From a virus (lineage: Duplodnaviria > Caudoviricetes): 64,000 nt of DNA. Below are positions 53,096 to 64,000 of the stretch, one piece after another. Made by a program: the position numbers and the translations under genes. Position 1 is the first letter of the stretch, and the number at the start of each line of letters is the position of its first letter. The DNA lies in IMG/VR virus record IMGVR_UViG_3300021399_000008, positions 32,001 through 96,000 of that record; one strand, 5' to 3'. Under the pieces are notes generated by a model that was not told the origin of the DNA, made no database searches, and worked only from the letters and a program-made list of their open reading frames with translations.

Positions 53096-56000
53096 TTAAA
53101 TGTTAGAGACACTGAGACCATATCTGGAGATCTCTTTCACAAGAGCGTTACCGACGTTCCTGGCTACGGTTTCGTAGTCGTCGTCAGTGTTAATCTCTGC
53201 TTCATTTATCTCAATATGGATGTCTCCGATTGTGACATTCGATTCCGAACCTAAACCAGATATAGCTGCGTTCGTAAGAAGTCTGGGGAGGCTGATGTAC
53301 TTAGCCATCTCCATCATCTTCGCGAGGTCTGCGTCCATATCTGTACTGTTCAGGGTCGAAAGAAGATCCCGTGTTTTCGCGATCCTGTCAGCGAAGTAGT
53401 CGACTCTGGCTGTGCCGGGAGCATCGATAAAGTCGTCGAGAGATTTCGTAGCGTAAGCGTCGAGAATCATCTCGGGATCAGCAGGAGTACCGTCGACACG
53501 GATAGCACCCATCCGACTTCTGACCATTTCGGTAGAAGGGATGTAACCACCTTTAGCCATAGCAGTGTGAGTTACGGAAGCAGGACCCATATAGCCAGTC
53601 TTCTGGATAACTCTCTGATTGGCATACATCTCGTAGAGTCTGTCGTACCATTCAGAGTCTATGATGTGAACGTCATTATTGTTCGCATACAGACGACGTT
53701 TCCTCAGTTTAGCCTCGTTATATTCAACTGGACCGTAAACAGCCTGATTCGTTTTGTTATCCCAGAGGTAGTAATACATCTTAGAAGGAGCCGTCTGAGT
53801 CTTCGGATTAGGATAAGTTCTCCTCGTCTGAGTTTGAGTCTTAGGTTTCTGTTCATCCTCGCCAGGCCCAGGTCCGTTGTATGGGATATAATTATCTTCA
53901 ACAGGCTGATCGTATGTCGTATCGTCGCCATTACCAGTGCTGTACGTTCCATAGTTACCGCTGTTGTCATCGTAGTGCGTATAAGACGCATCATCCTTCT
54001 GACCTTTCAGCCAGCGGTCATACATCTGGGACCACTCATACTCGTACATCTGTTTCTGATATTCAGAAGCATTCTTGTACGTATCAGTGTTCCTCATGTA
54101 GTTCATGAACGTATCGTTACTGGTAAGGATACTGGCAACCTCTGTCCAGTACGTATCTGTGATACCCTTCATCTGTTTGTAGGTATCTTCCCAGCTGCGA
54201 AGCATCTGGTGTTGCGAATCCTCAAGACTCGTAATGTATTCATCGACGTTATTCTTGAGCCACTCAAACAGTTCTTCCTGAGACAGAGCCATAACCTCGT
54301 TTACTTCTTCCGCGAAGTTCTGCTCGTTTGAAAGCATCTCCTGCATATACTCGTCGCCATAAGTAATACGATCTTCATATCCCTGGATCTGGTCTTCAAG
54401 AGAAGCCTTCTGAGCAGCTGCCTGTTCGTCCGCGATATCCCACGCGATTTCCTTTTCGAGAGCCGCGATCTTTTCACGGAGAGCTGCCGCATCTTTGGTA
54501 CGGGTAGAGTCCATAGAGATAGAGGCATACTGCCGCTGAAGTTCTGCGAGTTCTTCGTACTTATTGGCTTCATCCTCTGCGTTCTTTCTGCGCTGGAGTC
54601 GCTCATCGATAAGCTTTGACTCATCGGCTAAAGCCTGCTTCTTCTTATCGAGGTCGCGTTTAATCAGATCCCACTCGTTCTGGTAGCGTTTCTTTATCGC
54701 TTCGAGAACGGTCTTCTCCATTTGAACGGTAGCATCAGCCATATCCCGTTCTTTCTGTTTCTGGGCTCTGATCTCTTGGTCAACAAGATTCTCAAGGTCA
54801 ACACGAAGCTTAATAATAGCCTGTCTGTTTTCCTTGATTTTCCTGTTATTCGCAGCGATAGCGTTATTCGCAGATTCGATAGCTTCTTCATAATTAAGGA
54901 TTGTTTGATAGAGATTGAACCAGTCATCTGTACCCTGCTGAGTTACAGCCAGCTGAGCTCTGAGCTGATAAATCATTCCTTCAAGAGAAGCTTTCGTTCT
55001 CTCCTGGGCCTGGTTCTCCAGTTCAAGCATACGGTTATAGTTCGTAATCTCTTCCTGAGTTTCATAGTACTGTTCCTGACTCTGGATCATCTTGATCTCG
55101 TGGTCAAGAAGTTCCTTCTGTCTCTTTATAGATTCAAGAAGTTTCTGAGCGGCTGTCTTTTCCTTCTTCTGAGAAGTAGGTTTATTGTAAGTATACTGCT
55201 GGTTCTTCTTACCGCCGCCGAGCTGACTCTTGGATTTGTATATAGAAGTTGTCTGTTGGTTATTATTCTTTTTGTTTTTCTCAGTAACAAGTTGCGTCTT
55301 AATGTTTCCGTTCTTGTCCGTAGAGATATCCAGTACAAGACTGCCGACAACTCCTTCGTTTTCTGCCAGCTTATCGAGAATTTTCTGCTTGTATTGATCG
55401 CAGAATTCCTGAAGGTCAGTAAGGTCGATTGTTCCGTCTGCGTTAACGTGCGCTTGGATCCATTCAGCAAGTTCAAGAGGTTTGTCTTTAAAGACATTCA
55501 TTAGTGCCTCTTCGAACATCAGCCTTGTAACTTCAGCGTACATTGCATATTTTTCCTGAGCATTCGCCATAGCGGCATCAATAATCTCTTCCAATCCAGC
55601 AGCATCTGCGGCTTTAATTCTCTCAATATCAACATTACTGAACTGAGAGATAGCTCCGAAGATCTCGTCGGCATGAGCCATCTTCGAAACTTGGGCTCCG
55701 CTCTTGCCTCTCACGTCATCCATAGCAATAATGAGATCTTTGATACGGGTCATATCGTCTCCCATATCCTCAATTGCTTTGTTTACTTCCGTTTCAGAAC
55801 CGTGCAGATTTGTAAACACGCTCACAATGGAATCAGCCATAGCGTTTCCTTGGACTTCTGCGCTAGCCCAGTCAGATATCATTTCCTGATAGAGTTCCTT
55901 TTGTTTATCAGCTGTGAATTCAGTCTCTCCTGCGAAGTCGCCCATCAGGCTGCTCATAGCTTTGAAAGAACCGTTGAGCTTTGTGATCATAGCATTCATA

Positions 56001-59000
56001 GCCGGATCAGACATAGCCTTCTGGAATCGTTCAGCGTTGTCAGCATCATCTGGATTGAAGATACCCTGACTGAGCTGAGACATAATATCAGACCCGAAGA
56101 TAGAGTTCATCGTATCTACGCCTCTGCCAAGCATAAAGTTTTCTCCGCTGATGCTGGACGCAGCTGCCGCAGCGAGATCGTCATTGTTCACATACTGAGA
56201 TCCCTTAGAGAGAGCTTCAAGAATAGCGGAAACCATAGAGTCGCTACCTGCTAAACTCTGCACTCCTTCCTATGTCATGCCTTTTTCCTGAAGGAGTCCC
56301 ATAGCATCGTTGTAAGTTCCTGTACTCTTGAATGCCTCAATAAGGTCGAACATCGAAGTAAGAGTTGTATCTCTGTTTGCTTGATTCGTGATATAGTCAT
56401 TAGCAACCTGATCTGCAAGCGAAACGGGAGTGTACGTGGAAACACCAGCTTCATCGTAGATCGCGTACCTTCTGCGATTCTGATCTAATACACCAGCTTC
56501 TCCCTCGGATCCGGCTTCAAGCCTTGGAGGCGGGATCATATCACCGTTATAGTCAACATTGTGCCTTACACCAAAACTATAGTCGCCAGTTCCAGCTAAA
56601 CTCGTAGCCATAAGACCTAGAGTGGGATCGTTAATCAATCCAGATGTAACCATCTCCTGGATCATCTCAGGAGTGATAATCAGTTTCCCATTGCTCGCAT
56701 ACTGGCTGGCAATCCTGTTATAAAGAGTAGGATCGGTTTCAAGATCGGCAAGGAACCGCTCACGCATTGTAGCGCCGCCGTAGTTGAGGAATGAATCATC
56801 TGCTGATTGATTAAGCAGGTTCAGAAGGTATCCAATTCCTTCGGCGTCCATCTTCCTGATTTGGTCTACATCGACATTAGATTTAGACGCAAGGAAGTCG
56901 GCTTCTGCTTTAGTTAACTCTTCGCCACTCTTACCTTCGGCTGAATGTGTGATGTCGCGAATCTTCTCGACATTAGCCATCTCGGTCATGTAATCGCCGA
57001 GAGCTGTAATAGCTTCAGCCGCAGAACCAGAGAGTCCTTTGAGCGTCTCGGAAACTTTATCTATAGACTCGTTGAATTCGTTAGCTCCTTTAACACCGTC
57101 GAGAATGAAAGCATTAGCGAGCTTCTTGACTTCATCTGTAGAAAGATTGAGACCTTTGCGTACCTTTTCGAGGATGGGTTCAAGTTCAGGGAAAGCTTTC
57201 TTTAAAGCTTCGAGCTGACCAGCCCCGCCTTCTTCAAGATTGAATGCGTTCAGACTAGACTGTCTGTTCTGTTTCCCGAACAAAGAGTTATCGACATTTC
57301 CTGTTATCATCTGGCTGAGCCAATTGTTCCCGAATATCTTAGAAAGCCAAACGTTGTAATCGTTGTTCCCGTACTGGTTCGTTCCAAGAACGGCTGAGTT
57401 AAAAGCTTTAACCAGTTCGTCGACAGTCACGCTCTTATCTCCGTTGCTGGCAGCAGCAAGGAGATTGGAGAACCCTGTATTCTCTTCCAGGAACTTAGTA
57501 GCTAACTCGTTGTTGCTGAAGTATTTTTGGAAGTACTCAACAATAGCGTCAGTTGTTTTGAGCATTCCGCTATTCATGACGCCGAACATACCTTGCGTCA
57601 TTTTTGTTGTCCTGTTGGTCTCATCCATTGCCTGTTCTCTTGATGTGAATACGTTATCAAGAAGTGATTTACCTTCTCCGAGCGTAATGTCGCCTTCGAG
57701 CTTGATAGTGTCTGGCTTGATTACGATATTACCGTTTTCCAAAGCAGTCACGAAAGAGAAATTCCCAGAGTAACCGCGAGCTTGTGCTTCGGCAATTATA
57801 TTCTGCAGATACTGGTTTCCTGTTGCGCCGGCAAATTGGCTGGCTTGATCAAAAGACATAGTCCCAGTCTTTGCGAAGTTAAGCGAAGTAAGAGTATCCC
57901 AGTTCATCAATGAACTCAGATCGGCAATAGTCATCGTATCTTTTTTAATAGCTTGCTTTATTGAAACTTTAAGACTTTCGGCTATTACCTTGCCTACGTT
58001 ACTATTAGCTCCAGAAGAAGCCTCGTCCGCGATTCCTGTGAATATCAGTTCAATAACATCAGCGCCGAGTTCTTTAATCTGAGCTTCTTTCATTCCAGTG
58101 ATTTCTTCGATAAGAGCAAGCCCGTCTGAATCAAGAGCAGAACCAGAACGCCCACGGTTACGAGTGACTATCGAGTTCATATCGGCGTACTTCTGAATAT
58201 TTCCAAAGACTTCACCCATAGCTGAGAGCTTAGCCTTTGTTGAACTGGAAGTTAGATTCGAAATCGACTCAACAACTTCTTGAATGTGCTGATTGTATTT
58301 GTCAACCGATGTTATACCTTCGGAAATAAAAGCTTGAGCTAAGGCTAACTGCTGTTCTTTTGTGACGGTTTCACCAGCAGAAAGAGTGTTGAGTACTTCG
58401 GTTAACCCTGAATATTTACTTTCAAGCTGCCCTATAAAATCAAGTATACCCTGATCTTCTGTAGTGCCAAGATAGAAACGTCCTGTATAAGTGCCGCTAA
58501 GCATCTCGCTTAACCAGTCCTGGCCAAGTAACTCGTCCATCATCCTGGAATATTGCTCATGGCTAAATGAGTTACGCCCTGTGGCTGCATCATTCAGTTG
58601 ACGTCTAAAATCGTCAAAGCTGAAGAAGGAACTGCCACTCTGCAGAGAATACCACATGTTGAGAAGCGTAGGATTTTGAGAGAGAATAGAAGGTAAATTA
58701 TCCACAACTTCTCCGTATTCGCTTGTTAACCCAGAATTGAAAGAATTGATGTCTGAATAATGTTTAGCTATATTATAGAATTCAAACAACGTGTCAGTAA
58801 AAAGAGGGCTTTCAGCGGACTTATTTAAAACAAGACCTTCTACGGTTTTGCTTGGGTCGTAATACACCTGCTGATTATTTTTATTTTTTATATCGTAAGC
58901 AGAGATCCCATTCGTTCTTGCGTAGTTTAAAGCAGCTTCCTGCGTTTCAAAACCCATCCCGCCAACGTTAAACGCATACGCTGAAGCATCGGCCTGTCCT

Positions 59001-62000
59001 TGCAGCATAGCAGCACGAGTAGCCGGATCCGCATACCTTAATTGAAGAGCGAAAGTACGCGGCGTATTATACATCTAGTCTGGCAAGTTATCGTAAGATA
59101 CGCCTTCTCTAAAATGCCCGTTCTCGTCCCAGATAGCATTTCTTGTGAGGTTTGTCAGTGCGCTGGTTACTACGTCTTTATCTCCAGGAGTGTATGTCGC
59201 AACAACGCCTACAGCTTCCTGTATAAGTTCATCGACAAAGTTTTTCTCAAGAGTAGCCCAGTTATCCTGAAGCTTACTTCTGTGCGTACCCGACACAAAA
59301 TCAGTTCCAAATGAATCCAATAAGTAACCAAACAGGTTACCTATAGCATCATCGGAATTTGCTCCACGGAAAGACTTAAGCCCGTTGTCTAAATCGTCGA
59401 TAAACATTTCAGCCATCGATTTGTCGCCTGACACATACGGGGACATGTTCAGTCCAGAAGGCGCTAATTGCAACACTTCATTTAAAGAAGTCTTAACTTG
59501 GGATATATAAGATTCTCTATCTGGAGAGCCTTCGAGGAAGTTTTTGTTTTTAAAGTTAAGCAGAATGTTGCCTAACTTTTTCGCGTCTTCCAAATTGTAC
59601 CCAACAGAACCTTCAGGAATTAAACCTAATGAAGAGTTAAGTATTCCGAATTGAGGGCCATAGTACGATTCGTTTGCTGCATTCTTAAATACTTCTACGC
59701 TCGAGTATGTGCGGGACTTCTTTAAATCATTTAGTTTGTGACTATACTCCATCCCGAAGTTACTCATAGCCCACTCGTCGGCAAGAGCTAATGCTGTGTC
59801 ACTTGTAGCCTTATCGAAATCACCTGCTGATTTCTTTGCTTCGGAAACAATCTTTCGCCATCTCTCAAGAGTGTTTGTTGTAGTGTCGAGATTCTTGTTG
59901 AGTGACGGGAGAGCCGTAGTTAAATCTTTGATATTTTGTTCAAGCTCTTTAGTTTCCTTGGCTGATAACTTGGAACTACCAGAGAAGTCCTTGTATTTAT
60001 TGGCTAAAACATCAGATTCTTTCAGGTACTTTCGAATGGTATCAGATTGCTGATTCCTATTATTTACGTAGGTGTTCAGCTCAGAGATCTTAGTACTAGA
60101 CTCCGCAGCTCTAGATGAAGATGAGCCAGACGGGATAGCGCTTCCAAGTAATCCAGCTCCAGCAACAACAGCGCCACCAGCAAGAAGGCCAAGCAAAGTA
60201 CTAAGAGGACTAGATACGCTATGAACTACAGCCATAGCAACGCCGAGAGCAACGACAGCAGTGGTTATTGCTCCGATTGTTCCAATAGCTTTACCACCAA
60301 GAGTAAGTACGTTTTTCAAACCGTTCAGAATAGTTGTTCCTATTTCAATTACGCCAGTTAATACACCATCGTCTTCAAGAGCCAACACAAAACTGTCAAA
60401 CGTAGATCTGAGTTCCTTCAGCCTTGCGTTAATTGACTCGATCATAATCTCATACTTGCTCTGCGTGATACCAGAACTGTTCCCAGATAAGCCGAGGTAT
60501 TTAGCAAATGTCTCTCCGTTATCTTCCGACAATCCTTCCATAAGCGTATTAAACATGTTAGCGCTTCTGGTTTGTGCAAGATTAGAAGTAACAGCTGCCT
60601 TCTGGACATCAGTCATCGAATTCCACTTCTGAGCTACTTCAAGAAGGATTTCGCTGGCAGATTTAAACTCGTCCATACCCGCGCCTTTACGCATCTCAAT
60701 ACCAGCAATCTTCAGAGCTTTTTCTACGTTATTCAGCGTAGTCGTTTCTCCGTTAATCTCCTTAGAGTAACCACTCATGGTAACATTTCTCATTCGGGAG
60801 AAGATAGTATTAAGAGCTGTACCGACCTGCTGACCACTGAGCTGTGTCATAGAGGTCATGACAGTAATCATTGAGTTGAGCTCGTTGTAAGACACGCCAG
60901 CAACTTTAGCTGAAGCCGCACACTTCTGCATAGCTTTCGAGATTTCCTCTGCTGTTGTAGCAGCGGAGTCGCCGAGCGCTACGAGTGCGTCCATAGCCTC
61001 TTCAGCGCTTCCGACAAGATTATTCCTTAAGGCAGTTGTAATAATCTTAGTTGCTGTTGTAGTCTTAATCTGAGCAACAGTTGCGAATTTAACTATAGCA
61101 TCAGTCTGAGAATCGACTTCAGCGTCAGAAAGACCTTGACGATAAAGCGCCGAAGTAACATCAGCCACCTCTGATGTAGAAGCTCTAAGGTTAATTGCTT
61201 TATTAACCACACCAGTACGAATACTCTGCATCTCTGCATTTGTTTTCATGGTGATTGCCTGGATCTCAGTCATCGAAGCGTTGTATTCCATCACAAAGCG
61301 TTTCGCTTCGTTAATAGCTTGTTGAAATAAACGTCTTCCGAACTGCTGAGTTAAACGGCTAACTCCAGCAATAACAGTATTAAGACCAGCGGAAAGTTCA
61401 GCATGTGTACCAGTAAGCTTATCAATAGCTGCTTCATTTTCTTCTATTGCTTTTGTGTATTTCTTGATATCGATCTGAGCTTGCTCGTATCGCTCATCTG
61501 TCGCTGAAATACCTTGGAGTCCGATAACCTTCTCATTAAGACCTGCGTTTATCTGCTCCAGTTGTTTAGCCTGGGCTTCGTATCGATCAAGCGATTGTCC
61601 GTATAAACCAGTACGGCCAGCTGTTTTGCCGAATCCTAATTTGCGAAGATCGGCATATTTCTCAAGCTCAGAATCTACTTGCCTGTCGTGCTCAGTGCTG
61701 AGTAATTTCGCATATTGCTCCGAATCTAGTTTATCTATAGCGGATTTCTTCGTAGTATACTCGTCTTTCGAAATGCCGCCTGCTTTGTATAACTTCTCAA
61801 GATCTTCGTACTGTTTGTTAACGCTGTCTTTGAAGTTCTTAATAGCCTGTCCGTACTTATGTAACGGGACGTCTGTGCCGTTCTGTTTCGCAAATAGATC
61901 AGAGGTTGTTTCATCGAGAGATTCTGCATACTCTTTATAGAACTGCTCCCTCTTCTCTTTCATTTCCTTTTCTTTTTCGACGGCTTTCAGGTAAGCAGCT

Positions 62001-64000
62001 TGGTCTGACGAGCTCTCCCACTCTTCTTTTCCATTGATCTTTGCGCCGTTCTTCTTGCTAAAGTATTCAAAACTTAACCCAGCCTGCTGTACTGAATTGG
62101 TTACAGCCTCAAGCAGAGAACTTCTATTTCTGGCATTAACATTTCCTAGAACATTATTATCAAGGAAGTTCGAGGCAGCTATAAAGTCGCCGCTGATAGC
62201 ATGGTTAAGAGCTTGTTTGTTTGCGAGTTTCGCGTTAAGGTATTGAGTTTCAAGATCTTTGTAATCCTTTTCGCTAACCTGCTCCTTAAGCCCTTTATAG
62301 TTTGTTTTAAACTGTTCCAGCTCGTAATCGTAATGAGAGAACCTGCTGATTTTCTTAGCTTCATCGTCTAAGTTCTTATTTTGTTCCTTATTCATTCGCT
62401 CGATGAACGAATAGGATTCCTCCATCGCTCTGTTATATCTATCCTGAATTACGTGAACAGGAAGCCCATCGTAAGAACCAGGACCAGATGAACCAGAAGG
62501 AGGATTGTCATCATCATACCTTTTGTTCTTCCTTTTTTGTTTACGGCTGGATCCTTTATTTTTGCGCTTACCTGTCTGCGGAGGAGGTGTAGATTCTGCA
62601 GGAGTTTCTTCTTCCTCATCATCGTTTAGTCCTTCGACGCCCTCGTATTTAGCGGTCTCTTTTGCGAGAGCCGCACGAACAGAACTGTAGTCTACGGCTT
62701 TGCCTTCTTTAATCTGCTCAGTTACGACGTTCAGAATCTTCGCTACTTCGTTGTAGTACGCAAGAGCTTTTGCGCCCTGTTCAGCAGTATATGCCTGAGT
62801 ATCAATCTTAATACCACCATCAGGGTTCTTCAGATTAAAGTTGAGATAACCAGTAGTAGATGTTTTGGAAGTTCCGTCTTCGTTAAGTCCTTCTCCTCCA
62901 AGAAGAACCGTTCGTAATGTTTTCCCGAACGAACCTTCGTAAGTGCCCTTATTAGAACGGTCATTCAGAGCTGCGTATAAGATTGCCTGAAGTGGGTTGT
63001 GCGCACCGTTTGACTTATAGTCGAGACGCATAATCTGCCCGTCTTTATTTTGGAGAACTACGTCAGTAGCTGCAGTGGCCTGATCTACGTCGGACGGGAG
63101 ATCCCAAGCATTCTTATGTCTTTGTTCGGTAGCTATAACCTTGTAATCCTGAAGCATCCCCATAGACTCAATAAGACGCTCACGGCCAGTCTTAATCAAG
63201 TCATCTCTACTACTGTTAAATAATTCCGGGTGATCTTTTCTCGCCTGAGAGATAAGCTCATCGAACTTAGCCAGACCTGCATCTACAGCTGCCTGTTTCG
63301 CTGAATCAGATCCGGCTTCGTTTTTATTCTGGCTTTCTATCCGTTTATTACCCCATGCTTCCATAGCGTTGTGCATGATGGTTCCGAATTCAGATTCGGT
63401 CGTCTTCTCATCGGCGGGTAAAATGCCTTGGAGCTGAGCTACAAACTTGTTCGGATCACGAATGAAGTTTCCGAGATCTGTAATAGAAAATTTGGTTGTT
63501 GTAGCTCTTTTGTTAATGCTGGTATTTGGATCGTTCTTTATACCTAAAGCTTTACGACGCTCCTCCATTTCATAGAGTCGCTGTCTCTCTGCCTGGTATT
63601 CAGGGTTAGCCTCATCTGTGGACCATGCGGTTGAATGGTATCCATGGTCAAGAATATATTGACCATTCTCGCTGAGTCCTAAATTAGCTTCGGTTAAACC
63701 ACGCTTCTTCAGAATCGCTAAACTTTCGGAATACTTTCTCCACTTTGACAACTCGTCAGTGTTATCGGAGTCTGACATCTCGTCGTTATATCTCGACATA
63801 AGAGCTTCGAGTTCTGCGACGTCTTCGTTCGATACGTAGGCAGCTCTACCAGTGTAAAGCTGTTCCATGATGCCGTACCACTTCTGGAGATACTGAGCCT
63901 GAGCGGAGTTATTACCTTTACCAAGTTGATTCTGAAGAGCTCCAAAGAAAGCTTCGAGGTTTGTGTAGTTTCCTTTTCCTTGCGAACGTTCGGCGTTAGC
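53096..64000 (-). CDS. Giant tape measure protein (>3,600 aa, 5' end outside the window); one gene through TAGs at 59075 and 56270
   Basis: Three ORF-track pieces are in frame, separated only by TAG (LPD*MYN, GMT*EGV); TP901-type TMP domain (MTEIQAIT..., GTALNTIFSR); frame is open to base 64000. Confidence 0.9.

Noticed and set aside
32281-59077. Late genes as pseudogenes of a decayed prophage
   Set aside because: All interruptions except one TAA split and the intron are TAG. I saw no frameshifts, a cognate CUA tRNA is present and the att site is in attP form.

Overview
This is a 64-kb segment of a large, probably temperate, tailed (siphovirus-like) phage. The host is likely an anaerobic Firmicute, inferred from the class III ribonucleotide reductase, GGAGG ribosome-binding sites and NlpC/P60-SH3 endolysin. 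The + strand (1-31.7 kb) carries nucleotide-metabolism and accessory genes: nrdD with a group I intron, nrdG, a RuvC-like resolvase, dut, thyX, tmk, an RNA ligase, ArdC, a formate/nitrite channel, a ClpP-like protein, an RlmN-like radical SAM enzyme and dozens of small ORFs. It also carries three tRNAs, a tyrosine integrase and an attP-like tRNA(CAT) 3' half. The - strand (32-64 kb) carries the late module: a >3,600-aa tape measure, Dit, Tal, CotH-like and LRR/DUF6273 tail proteins with a second group I intron plus HNH, the endolysin and holins. A + strand Eco29kI-type restriction-modification pair is inserted into this module. Main discovery: the phage appears to read TAG as LEUCINE, not the Gln known from code-15 phages. 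I found 19 in-frame TAGs interrupting otherwise intact genes, several at positions where the protein family has a conserved Leu ([41 protein letters not shown]). None of the genes I checked ends in TAG, and the phage encodes a Leu-type tRNA with a CUA anticodon at 7313-7388. The TAGs are sparse and concentrated in structural and lysis genes, which suggests a tRNA-gated late-gene switch. All family assignments are from motif recognition by eye; no searches were run.
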